Positions 41,062-49,544 of a stretch of DNA of 64,000 bases are shown in pieces. A model generated the notes under the pieces. The model worked only from the letters and a program-made list of their open reading frames with translations, did not search any database and was not told the DNA's origin. The stretch spans positions 857-64,856 of the forward strand of contig JACPAY010000001.1 of NCBI GenBank assembly GCA_016180575.1, written 5' to 3'. Each line of letters opens with the position of its first letter. Positions within the stretch are counted from its first letter, which is position 1. Position numbers and translations under genes: made by a program. The stretch comes from Candidatus Omnitrophota bacterium. GTDB lineage: Bacteria; Omnitrophota; Gorgyraeia; Aquiviventales; Aquiviventaceae.

Positions 41062-41886
41062 TCACTCCGCGACGGCGGTCGGCACGAAGTCCGGGGGGAT
41101 CGTGTAGCGCTCCCAGGTCGGTTTGATGTCGATGATGCGGTCGATGCGGAACTGCCGCAGGTCCTTCCGGAAGTGGCAGAAGCCCTCGAAGTAGGGGTCG
41201 CGGATGGCGTAGACGTCCACGCAGCGCACGCGCTGGGGCGACTCCCCGCTCGCCACGCTCTGCGAGAGGTACTCGATCTCCACCTGGAGCCGCTTCTCGA
41301 ACGCCTCGGCCAGCATCCTCGCGATGGCGCCGGCGTCCCGCTTGCGCTCGGGCCAGAAGACCGGGATCTGCAGCTTCTCGCTCCCGAAGCGGCTCGTGGC
41401 GAAGAGCCGCCCGTGCTGCTTGCCGTAGTCGTAGAGCTCCTTCGTCAGCTTCACGTCGTCCAGGCAGTACGCCGTGATCAGGTCGAAGCGCCCCTCCTTG
41501 AACCACCGCAGCGCGTCAAGCCCGCTGCCGGACTTGCCGCGGCCGAGCGTCGCCTGCGCGAGCGCATCGAGGCTGAGCCGGTGGCCGAGGTTCTTGACGA
41601 CCTCCTCCATGATGTCGAGCACCGGCAGCGTCGTGACGGGATACGGCAGGTAGGGCGTGAGAACCGGCAGGTCGAAGCGCCGGATGTTGAAGCCGATGAG
41701 GAGCTCTGCGGCCTGGAGGCGCGAGGCAAGCTTCGCAGCGAGATCCGCTTCCAGGTACGCCTCGTAGCGGTCCTCCTGGTAGCTGTAGATGCCGACGCAG
41801 GAAACGCCCAGCAGCTCCGGCTTGCGCCCCTCCACCTCGGCGAACTCCCGCTGCGTCTCAAGATCCAGCACGAGCCGCTCACCCAT
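41062..41886 (-). CDS. DEDDy-type 3'-5' exonuclease fused to a C-terminal WYL domain
   Basis: 274 aa. Exo I is LVLDLET, Exo II is GFNIRRFDLPVL, and Exo III is YCLDDVKLTKELY. The C-terminus VEIEYLSQ...RVRCVDVYAI...YFEGFCHFRKDLRQFRIDRIIDIKPT fits the WYL pattern. Confidence 0.7.
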   Translation of the reverse strand: MGERLVLDLETQREFAEVEGRKPELLGVSCVGIYSYQEDRYEAYLEADLAAKLASRLQAAELLIGFNIRRFDLPVLTPYLPYPVTTLPVLDIMEEVVKNLGHRLSLDALAQATLGRGKSGSGLDALRWFKEGRFDLITAYCLDDVKLTKELYDYGKQHGRLFATSRFGSEKLQIPVFWPERKRDAGAIARMLAEAFEKRLQVEIEYLSQSVASGESPQRVRCVDVYAIRDPYFEGFCHFRKDLRQFRIDRIIDIKPTWERYTIPPDFVPTAVAE

Positions 41887-41899
41887 GAGCGATATTATA

Positions 41900-43153
41900 T
41901 CAGAGCTTGGCGCGCACGAAGATCATGAAGGAGAACGGGGTGTCGTCGTAGGCCGACTCCACGCGGTCGGGCAGGAAGTGGAGGCTGCCGAGGCCGCCGA
42001 TCCCCCACTGCACCGCAGACCGCTCAGGAAAGTCATAGAGGTAGCCCGCGCTCGCCTTGTGGACCATGAATGGCTTGCCATGGAGCGGGTCCCCCTCCGG
42101 AAACAGCTCATTCTTCTCGACGCTCTCGATCCGCCCAAAGAGGGTATGCATCTTCCGGACGTTCAGCAGCGTTTCAACGAGGAAGCCATCCAGGTCCCGC
42201 CCCGGATCGCTGCGGTTTCGCCCCCACGCGGCGGTCGTCTGCCAGTGCCGCCCCTCCCGGGTCCAATGGTAGCTCGCTGATCCCGTGAAGCGGTCCGTGT
42301 CCACTTCCGGTTCCAGTTGCTCCGGGCTGTCCAGATGGCCGTAGCTCGCCTGGAGCGCCCAGGCCGGCGTGGGATTGTAGGAAACCCGGGCGGCAGAGGA
42401 ATCGAAGCGGGGGGCTTCGATGTCCCACCGGTCTTCGTCCGGCTCCCGCCCGGTAAACACCGAGCCTTCGAGCTTGACCCTCTTCCAGATATAGCCGAGC
42501 GTGCCAACGCCGAAGCTGATATGCGTGGAATCCAGCCAGTGATGGGTGAGCGGCGCTTCAGGGTTATCTATCCCGGAGAACCGATGCATGAATGCCGGCG
42601 GCCCCAGCGCCGGCTCGCCGGGCAGCCCGACGTAGCCAAACCACGATCCCTCCGCTCCGACCGGCAGGCTGTAGGTCGCGGCAAGCTCCATGAAGAGGTC
42701 GTGGGGATGCTGGCGGTCGATGAGCGGCGTCTTGCCGTCGGCCGTCTCGCCGGTTTGCAGGAGGAGCGGATAGCCCTTCCGTCCGATGGTGAGCGGCTCA
42801 AGCGACCACATGCCCCGCGCCCCCAGCGTCCCCTGTCCAAGCGGCCGGTCGGCCATCAGCATGAGCATGTTGCTGCTGAACACCTTCCGGTCCCCCCGCC
42901 CCCCGCCCTGGTTGTCGTAGACCGCATTGGCAAACCCGTGCGCCATCAGCATCCACTCGCCGGACATGGCGTGGACCCCCTCGTGCGGTGTTGCGTCAGG
43001 CTGCCAACTCGTCCCAGAGGCTTCACGCGTCCTCGGATAGCGGCCCAACAAGGCGCGCAGGGGTCTCTCGCCGCGGGCTTCGTGGTGGTGCTCTTGGGCT
43101 TCGGACATGGCCGGCAACGTGACGACCATGGCGACGGCCAGGAGCGTCCGCAT
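41900..43153 (-). CDS. putative outer-membrane beta-barrel protein, unknown family
   Basis: 417 aa. It has a signal peptide, a His-rich start (QEHHHE), and alternating amphipathic strands through to the C-terminus. Confidence 0.45.
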   Translation of the reverse strand: MRTLLAVAMVVTLPAMSEAQEHHHEARGERPLRALLGRYPRTREASGTSWQPDATPHEGVHAMSGEWMLMAHGFANAVYDNQGGGRGDRKVFSSNMLMLMADRPLGQGTLGARGMWSLEPLTIGRKGYPLLLQTGETADGKTPLIDRQHPHDLFMELAATYSLPVGAEGSWFGYVGLPGEPALGPPAFMHRFSGIDNPEAPLTHHWLDSTHISFGVGTLGYIWKRVKLEGSVFTGREPDEDRWDIEAPRFDSSAARVSYNPTPAWALQASYGHLDSPEQLEPEVDTDRFTGSASYHWTREGRHWQTTAAWGRNRSDPGRDLDGFLVETLLNVRKMHTLFGRIESVEKNELFPEGDPLHGKPFMVHKASAGYLYDFPERSAVQWGIGGLGSLHFLPDRVESAYDDTPFSFMIFVRAKL

Positions 43154-43156
43154 GGA

Positions 43157-43315
43157 TCAGGGCTGGAGCTGTCGCGGATGCTTGAGCGGAGGGCCGCGCC
43201 GCCGGCGCGGTTTCTGTTTCTTCTGACGCTTCATGAGCGACCGGCGGACCGGCTCATCAGGCATCGCGATCGGGTGGGGCGGCCGGCGGGCCGCGTGACC
43301 GGCGGCCCGTGTCAT
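43157..43315 (-). CDS. possible small basic protein (52 aa)
   Basis: Its ATG overlaps the msrB stop (ATGA), and its stop lies 3 nt before the start of the downstream beta-barrel gene. The sequence is MTRAAGHAARRPPHPIAMPDEPVRRSLMKRQKKQKPRRRRGPPLKHPRQLQP. The support is positional only. Confidence 0.3.
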   Translation of the reverse strand: MTRAAGHAARRPPHPIAMPDEPVRRSLMKRQKKQKPRRRRGPPLKHPRQLQP

Positions 43316-43794
43316 CGCTGGAACAGGGCGAGGTAGTCGCCGTAGCCCTCGGCCCTGAGCTGCTCGACCGGGACAAACCGCAGGGCGGCGGAGTTGATGC
43401 AGTAGCGCTGGCCGGTCGGCGGCGGGCCGTCGTCGAAGACGTGCCCGAGGTGCGAGTTGCTGCGCGCGGCGCGCACCTCGGTCCGGACCATGCCGTGGCC
43501 GGTGTCCGTCACGAGCTTCAGGCGCTCCCGGTCGATGGGCTCGGTGAAGCTCGGCCAGCCGGTCTTGGAGTCGAACTTGTGCGTCGAGGCGAAGAGCGGC
43601 TCGCCCGTCACGATGTCCACATAGATCCCGGGCTGCTTGTTGTTCCAGTGCGCGTTGTGGAACGGCCGCTCGGTGCCCTGCTCGCGCACGATGGCGTACT
43701 GCTCGGGCGTGAGCAGGCGGCGCAGCTCCGCGTCCGTCGGGATCGGGCAGGTCTTCCATGCGGCCGGCGTCGCCGGTTCCTGATGCGCGCTCAT
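43312..43794 (-). CDS. msrB: peptide-methionine (R)-S-oxide reductase
   Basis: The track ORF was trimmed to the ATG at 43794. The protein is 160 aa. GIYVDIVTGEPLF...KFDSKTGWPSF...RTEVRAARSNSHLGHVFDDGP...RYCINS. Confidence 0.9.
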   Translation of the reverse strand: MSAHQEPATPAAWKTCPIPTDAELRRLLTPEQYAIVREQGTERPFHNAHWNNKQPGIYVDIVTGEPLFASTHKFDSKTGWPSFTEPIDRERLKLVTDTGHGMVRTEVRAARSNSHLGHVFDDGPPPTGQRYCINSAALRFVPVEQLRAEGYGDYLALFQR

Positions 43795-43849
43795 GACATC
43801 CTCCTTGCCTTCCCGGCATCCGAGCACCAAGAGCCCAAACAGGAAAAAG

Positions 43850-43890
43850 GGAACCGGTGCCATTTTAACAAAAGGAACCGGTGCCATTTT
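43850..43890. repeat. direct repeat of the GGAACCGGTGCCATTTT word
   Basis: Two 17-nt copies lie at 43850-43866 and 43874-43890. The same word family occurs at 15580-15659 and 45318-45339. Confidence 0.65.
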
Positions 43891-43894
43891 TCTC

Positions 43895-45292
43895 TCAATG
43901 CACCCAGAGCGCGGGGAGGAGGCCGCCGCCGCGGGAGACGTTGACGACCGGCAGCCCGGAGAACCGCCCGACGAGGCCGATCCCCGACGAGCTGAAGAAG
44001 AAGCCGGACACGACGGAGCGCTCCTGCCACCGGATGCCGCCGCCGGTGAGCCGCGGGAAGGCGTCGGACGGGATGGGCGCAAGCGCCTGGACGACGTACC
44101 GCGTGCGGCCGCGGAGCGCGCGGGCGAGCTCCTGCTCCCACGCGCGCTGGCTCACCGTCCGGCCGATGACCACCCCCTCCCCGCCGAAGAGCGTGTTGGG
44201 CTTCAGGACAAGCCGCGCGCGGTGGCGGCGGATGAACGCCGGCAGGTCCACCCGGCGGCCGCCGGGGTCCGAGACGCGGGCCTCGCGCACCAGGCGCGTC
44301 CACAGCAGGTGCTCGCGGAAGAGCCGCCGCTCGGCCGCGGTGAAGTGCCGGGCATAGGCCGCATCGGTGAAGATCTCCCACGCCGATTTCTGGTCGAACT
44401 CCCACGTGAGGCCGGAGATGAGCCGCCCCTCGCGGACCGCTTGGCGCAGCGCGGCGAGGCGGCGCCCGCCGCGCTCCATCGCCACGAACTCAGCCAGCTC
44501 CGAGTCCCGGTAGACCAGGTCCACCTCGCGGCCCCTGGCCGTCAACCGGCCGCGCGAGAGCCGCAGGTCGCGCGGGTCCGCCACGACGGCGCGCAGCCCC
44601 CGCTGGGTGAGGTCGCGGGCCAGCTCCTGGAACTCGTCCGTCCCCGTCGTGAAGTCCGTGTTCTCGATGAGCGCGACGCCGCGCAGCGGGCGGCCGAGGC
44701 GCCCGGCGACCGCGCGCAGCTCGTCCACCAGCAATTGCCGCGGGTCCGGGGTCGCGGTGATGGCGCGCCCGGGGAGCGCCTGCGTGAGCAGGTCGCCGAC
44801 GACGTCCAGCGCGATGGAGCAGGCGGCCGGGGCGTAGTGCACGCCGCCGACGCCCACGGCGTTGGGCTCCAGCATCCGGAAGCCCGTCCGCCAGCGCGCG
44901 TGGTCGTAGACCGCCGTGGAGTCGAGGCGCCCGATGACGGCGAGCGGGCGGCTGCGCGGGTGGGCGCAGAGCCGCATCCAGGCCTCGCGCTCCGGCTCGA
45001 AGCGCACGATGTCGCGGACGGCGGGCACGCGGGCGTGGAGGTGCGCGAGGCGGAGCAGCGCCTCGCTCAGCAGCCGCGCGACGCGGTGGAAGCGGAGGAG
45101 CTGGCCGCTCGTGAGGACCCAGGGCTTGAGGGCGATGTCGATGGTCCGGGATCGGCCGGCGTCGTCGAAGTAGCGCATGCCCCGCACGCCGGCGAGGGCG
45201 CGCACGGCGTGCAGCCGGTCGAGCAGCTCGCGCCGCCCCAGGCGGCGGAACGGCGCGTCCAGGACGCTGCGGGGGACATAGTCCAGGGGCAT
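43895..45292 (-). CDS. circularly permuted ATP-grasp / glutathionylspermidine-synthase-like protein (tentative)
   Basis: The start was set at the ATG at 45292 (MPLDYVPR...). The protein is ~465 aa. ...RMLEPNAVGVGG...LVLKPNTLFGGEGVVIG... resembles COG2308-type proteins. The family call is moderate. Confidence 0.5.
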   Translation of the reverse strand: MPLDYVPRSVLDAPFRRLGRRELLDRLHAVRALAGVRGMRYFDDAGRSRTIDIALKPWVLTSGQLLRFHRVARLLSEALLRLAHLHARVPAVRDIVRFEPEREAWMRLCAHPRSRPLAVIGRLDSTAVYDHARWRTGFRMLEPNAVGVGGVHYAPAACSIALDVVGDLLTQALPGRAITATPDPRQLLVDELRAVAGRLGRPLRGVALIENTDFTTGTDEFQELARDLTQRGLRAVVADPRDLRLSRGRLTARGREVDLVYRDSELAEFVAMERGGRRLAALRQAVREGRLISGLTWEFDQKSAWEIFTDAAYARHFTAAERRLFREHLLWTRLVREARVSDPGGRRVDLPAFIRRHRARLVLKPNTLFGGEGVVIGRTVSQRAWEQELARALRGRTRYVVQALAPIPSDAFPRLTGGGIRWQERSVVSGFFFSSSGIGLVGRFSGLPVVNVSRGGGLLPALWVH

Positions 45293-45317
45293 CACCTCTA
45301 TACTACACGATGAGCGG

Positions 45318-45339
45318 AAAAATGGAACCGGTACCATTT
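45318..45339. repeat. near-palindrome AAAAATGGAACCGGTACCATTT
   Basis: This is the third locus of the GGAACCGGT(A/G)CCATTT word. It lies in a divergent promoter region. Confidence 0.55.
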
Positions 45340-45379
45340 GCTTGAGGCGGGGACGGGGGTTGTGGTACAGTGAGCCTCC

Positions 45380-46843
45380 ATGAGCGACCCCTCAGCCCCG
45401 CGCGACCTCGTCGCCGGGCTCACCCGCCAGCTCAAGCGGCGGGGCGTGGACTACGCGGACGTGCGCCACGAGCACCTCCTCCACGAGCATCTCGTGGCGG
45501 AAGACGGCCGGGTGACCTCCATCAGCCTGTCCGAAAGCGCGGGGGTGGGGGTCCGCGTCCTCCACCGCGGCTCATGGGGCTTCGCCGCGACGCCGCACCT
45601 CGCGCGGGCCGCCCTCGCCCGGACCGCCGGGCAGGCGCTGGCGCTGGCCCGCGCCGCCGCGACGGTCAACCGGTCGCCCCGGCCGCTCGCGCCGGTCGCG
45701 CCCGCCCGCGCCCGCCACGCCTCCCGCTGCGCCATCGATCCCTTCGACGTGCCGCTCGCCAAGAAGCTGGACTACCTGCTCTGGGCGAACACGACGCTCC
45801 TCGGCCCCGACGCAGTGCAGCGGGCGACCGCCCACATGGACTTCTACAAGCGCCGGAAGCTCTTCTGCTCCACCGAGGGCTCGGTGATCGACCAGCTCCT
45901 CATCGAGAGCGGCGCGGGCCTCGAGGTCGTCGTCCAAAGCGGCGATGAGGTCCAGGTCCGCAGCTACCCCAACTCCCACCACGGCGCCCTCGCGCAGGGC
46001 GGGTTCGAGTACGTCAAGCAGCTCGACCTTGTGGGGGGCGCCTCGACCGCCCGCGAGGAGGCGCTGCAGCTGCTCCGCGCCAAGCCCCCCCGCGCAGGCG
46101 AGACGACGCTCATCCTCGATCCCTCCCAGGTCGTCATGCAGCTCCATGAGTCGTGCGGCCACCCGGCGGAGCTGGACCGGGCGCTGGGCCAGGAGCTCAG
46201 CTACGCGGGCGGCAGCTTCCTCACGCCGGAGGGCCTGGGCCGCGTGCGCTACGGCTCGCCGCAGGTCACCATCGTCGCGGACGCGACGATCCCGGGCGGG
46301 GTGGGCAGCTTCGGGTTCGACGACGAGGGGGTGCCGGCGCAGCGGGTGGACCTCGTGCGCGAGGGGTATTTCGTCGGCTACCTCAGCTCCCGCGAGTCGG
46401 CCTCGCGCATCGGGCTCTCCGCAAGCGGAGGGGCGATGCGCGCGGAGGGCTGGGATGTGCCGCCGCTTGTGCGGATGACGAACGTCAACCTGGAGCCGGG
46501 GACCGCCACGCTCGAGGAGCTGTGCCGGGGCGTGCGGCACGGCTACCTGCTCGCCACGAACAAGAGCTGGTCCATCGACGACCGGAGGCTGAACTTCCAG
46601 TTCACGACGGAGATCGGCTGGGAGATCGTTGACGGCCGGCGGGGCGCGGTCGTCAAGAACCCGCTCTACACCGGCATCACGCCGGTCTTCTGGGGCCGGT
46701 GCACCGGCGTGGGCCGGCGGGAGGACTGGCGGCTGTGGGGGATCCCCAACTGCGCGAAGGGCGAGCCGATGCAGTCGATGCACGTCGGCCACGGCGCCTC
46801 CTACGCCCGGTTCGACGGCGTGACCGCCGCCCCTGCGACATGA
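45380..46843 (+). CDS. tldD: TldD family metalloprotease
   Basis: 487 aa. ...GVGVRVL..GSWGFA... with the HESCGHPAELD (HExxxH) motif and a Gly-rich C-terminal half. Confidence 0.85.
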   Translation: MSDPSAPRDLVAGLTRQLKRRGVDYADVRHEHLLHEHLVAEDGRVTSISLSESAGVGVRVLHRGSWGFAATPHLARAALARTAGQALALARAAATVNRSPRPLAPVAPARARHASRCAIDPFDVPLAKKLDYLLWANTTLLGPDAVQRATAHMDFYKRRKLFCSTEGSVIDQLLIESGAGLEVVVQSGDEVQVRSYPNSHHGALAQGGFEYVKQLDLVGGASTAREEALQLLRAKPPRAGETTLILDPSQVVMQLHESCGHPAELDRALGQELSYAGGSFLTPEGLGRVRYGSPQVTIVADATIPGGVGSFGFDDEGVPAQRVDLVREGYFVGYLSSRESASRIGLSASGGAMRAEGWDVPPLVRMTNVNLEPGTATLEELCRGVRHGYLLATNKSWSIDDRRLNFQFTTEIGWEIVDGRRGAVVKNPLYTGITPVFWGRCTGVGRREDWRLWGIPNCAKGEPMQSMHVGHGASYARFDGVTAAPAT

Positions 46844-46859
46844 CCGCTGTTCCCTGCCC

Positions 46860-48212
46860 ATGATCGACGAAGACCGGCTGCTCACCGCGCTCGCGAAGCT
46901 GCTGAAGCGGACGAAGGCCGACGGGGCCAGCGTGTGCGCCCACGCGACGGTCCGCCGGGTGTTCCGGTTCGCCTACGGCGCGATCCACCAGAGCCTCGTC
47001 CAGGAGGGCGTCAACGTCATCGTGAAGGTGATCCGGGACCGCCGCGTGGGGATCGCCAGCGCCGACACGCTGGAGCCGCAGGGGTTGAGCCGGTGCGTGC
47101 GCGCCGCCGAGCAGATCGCCCGGTACTCGCCGCCCCAGGAGCACCTCGCCCCCTTGCCGGCGCGGCACCGCCTCACGGCGACGGCGGACCACGTGCCGGC
47201 CACGCTCCGCGTGACACCCGAATCGCTCGTCGGGTCGCTCAAGCGGCTCTTCCACCTCTGCCAGGGCGCCGGGGCGTCGCTCGCCGGGTCGCTGGTGACC
47301 GGCGAGGACGAGTTTGCCGTGGCGAACTCAGCCGGCGTCCGCTGCTACGCCGCCTCCACCGTCGCCGGCGCCAAGCTCGTCACGATGTTCGGCCGGCTCT
47401 CCGGCTACGCGAGCGGCGTGCACCGGGACGTGCGCCGGCTCGACCTCGACGCCCTCCTCAAGCGGTCGCTCAGCCAGTCGCTCCACCGGCGGGAACCGGT
47501 GACGCCGCCGCTTGGCGTCTACGAAGTGATCCTGGAGCCGGAGGCGGTCGGCGAGCTGATGGCGTGGCTCGGCAGTATTGCATTCGGGGCGAAGAGCCTG
47601 GCGGAGCGGACCAGCTTCCTCGCGGGACGCCTGGGGGAGCGGGTCTGCGACCGGCAGCTCACCATCTACGACGACGGCAATGACCCAAGCGGCCTGCGGA
47701 TGCCGTTCGACTTCGAGGGGACGCCGAAACAGCGCACCGTGCTCATCGACCGCGGCCGCGCAGCCGGCGTGGTGTACGATACGGCCTACGGGGCGCGCTT
47801 CGGCCGCTCCTCGACCGGCCACGCCTTGCCGTACGACGAAACTGAGGGGCCGCTGCCGCTCCACCTGGGCCTCGCGCCCGGCCGGACCACCGTCGCCCGC
47901 ATGATCCGCGCCTGCCGGCGCGGCCTGCTCATCCCCCGCTTCCATTACGTCAACGGGCTCCTCAACCCGCGGGAGGCGCTGATGACCGGCCTCACGCGCG
48001 AAGGGGCGTTCCTCATCGAGGACGGCCGCGTGACCGCGCCGGTCACGACCCTGCGCTTCACCCAGGGGCTGCTCGAGGCGTTCAGCCGCGTGCGCGGGAT
48101 CTCCCGCGAGCGCCGGCTCGTCGCCGACCCCGGCCAGGAGCTGGGCAGTGCTGTGCTGCCGACGCTCCACCTCGCTGCGTTCAGGTTCACCGGCCGCTCG
48201 GAACACAAATGA
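46860..48212 (+). CDS. pmbA: PmbA/TldE family protein
   Basis: 450 aa. It is a paralog of the upstream TldD but lacks HExxxH, the typical TldD/TldE pair arrangement. Confidence 0.8.
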   Translation: MIDEDRLLTALAKLLKRTKADGASVCAHATVRRVFRFAYGAIHQSLVQEGVNVIVKVIRDRRVGIASADTLEPQGLSRCVRAAEQIARYSPPQEHLAPLPARHRLTATADHVPATLRVTPESLVGSLKRLFHLCQGAGASLAGSLVTGEDEFAVANSAGVRCYAASTVAGAKLVTMFGRLSGYASGVHRDVRRLDLDALLKRSLSQSLHRREPVTPPLGVYEVILEPEAVGELMAWLGSIAFGAKSLAERTSFLAGRLGERVCDRQLTIYDDGNDPSGLRMPFDFEGTPKQRTVLIDRGRAAGVVYDTAYGARFGRSSTGHALPYDETEGPLPLHLGLAPGRTTVARMIRACRRGLLIPRFHYVNGLLNPREALMTGLTREGAFLIEDGRVTAPVTTLRFTQGLLEAFSRVRGISRERRLVADPGQELGSAVLPTLHLAAFRFTGRSEHK

Positions 48213-48225
48213 GGAGGACTGGTCT

Positions 48226-48256
48226 ATTTTTGCCAGCGGACGAAGGAGGCAAAAAT
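48226..48256. repeat. hairpin ATTTTTGCC...GGCAAAAAT
   Basis: A 9-bp stem with a 13-nt loop containing GGAGG. It is followed by the CCCGGGACTATC word also seen at 8077-8088. Confidence 0.45.
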
Positions 48257-48280
48257 GGACCTGTCCCCGGGACTATCGCG

Positions 48281-49399
48281 ATGCGGCTGATCGCTGATAG
48301 CTGTGTGCTGATCGCTCTCGCGGGCTGCGCGGTGCTCACGCACGTCCCGCGGCTGGCGAGCCCGCTCGGGCAGGCGCCGGCGCACGCGCTCGATGACGGC
48401 TACGAGGACCACGCGGGCGTCATCCATATCCACACGACCTACTCGCATGACGCGCATGGGCGGTTCGAGGATGCGGTCCGCGTCGCCAATGCCCAAGGGC
48501 TTGACTACCTCCTCTTCACGGAGCACAACACGCTCCAGCCGCTGCGGGAGGGCCGCGGGGGCTGGTACGGCGGGGTGCTCGCCCTCATCGGGATGGAGAT
48601 CTCAACGCGCGGCGGCCACTACCTGGCGCTGAACGTGACGGAGGAGATTGACCGCCACCAGCTCACCGCCCAGCAGGTCATCGACGAGGTCAACCGGCAG
48701 GGGGGCTTTGGGTTCATCGCCCATCCCTACTTCAAGAAGGCGCGGTGGACGGATTGGTCCGTGACGGGCTTCACCGGCGTCGAGGCCTACAACGTCGCCC
48801 ACGACACGCTCGACGAGAACCGGCTCCGGCTCGTCCTCTGGACGCTCACCGCGGCGGCCGAACCCTTCTACCTCTCGCTCCTTGACCGGCCCTACGACCC
48901 GCTGGCGACGTGGGACGAGCTCATCAGCCGGCACGGACGGGTCGTGGGCATCGGCTCCTCCGACGCCCATGAGTTCCATGTTGGCGGGCTGAAGTTCGCG
49001 CCGTATGAGGTCATGTTCCAGATGGCCCGCACGCACGTCCTGGTCCCGCCGGGCGAGCTGACCGACCAGGCGATCTACGCGGCGCTCCGCCAGGGGCACG
49101 CGTATCTCTCCATGGAGCTGGCCGTCCCGGCGAAGGGGTTCCAGTTCGCGGCGATGGCCGATGGGAAGGCGGCAGGGATCATGGGTGATGAGGTCGCCCT
49201 GGCGCCCGGCCTGCGTCTCGTCGCCTCGTTGCCCGCGCCCGCTCAGCTTTCGCTGTTCAAGGACGGCCGGCGCATCGCGTCGACGACGGATACGGCGTGG
49301 GAGATCCCCGTCACGCAGCCCGGCGCCTACCGCCTCGAGGCGATGCGGCACAACAAACCCTGGATCTTCTCGAACCCCATCTATGTTCGCGAACGATAG
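48281..49399 (+). CDS. PHP-domain (CehA/McbA-like) metallophosphoesterase lipoprotein
   Basis: The start was set at the ATG at 48281 (MRLIADSCVLIALAGC, containing a lipobox). GVIHIHTTYSHD...LLFTEHN...IAHP...SSDAHE are PHP metal ligands. Confidence 0.75.
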   Translation: MRLIADSCVLIALAGCAVLTHVPRLASPLGQAPAHALDDGYEDHAGVIHIHTTYSHDAHGRFEDAVRVANAQGLDYLLFTEHNTLQPLREGRGGWYGGVLALIGMEISTRGGHYLALNVTEEIDRHQLTAQQVIDEVNRQGGFGFIAHPYFKKARWTDWSVTGFTGVEAYNVAHDTLDENRLRLVLWTLTAAAEPFYLSLLDRPYDPLATWDELISRHGRVVGIGSSDAHEFHVGGLKFAPYEVMFQMARTHVLVPPGELTDQAIYAALRQGHAYLSMELAVPAKGFQFAAMADGKAAGIMGDEVALAPGLRLVASLPAPAQLSLFKDGRRIASTTDTAWEIPVTQPGAYRLEAMRHNKPWIFSNPIYVRER

Positions 49400-49413
49400 C
49401 GCGACCCAGCTCG

Positions 49414-49544
49414 CTGGGCCGCGGGTGACGCGGAGCCGGGGCCCCCGCCGCCTGCCCGCAGTCCCGCCGATGGCGGGACGAGGACAGCCGGCGGGGTGGC
49501 GGCGCGGCACGGCGGGGTGGCGGCGCGGCAGGACCCGCGGCCAG
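49414..49544. repeat. structured intergenic repeat R3 (GCGGGT...ACCCGC family)
   Basis: The TIRs are CTGGGCCGCGGGT / ACCCGCGGCCAG. The core is collinear with R2 (GACGC(G/A)GAGCCGGGG...GAGGACAGCCG(G/A)CGGGGTGGCGGCGCGGCA). The central hairpin GTCCCGCCGATGGCGGGAC matches R4. There is an internal 20-nt duplication. Confidence 0.65.
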
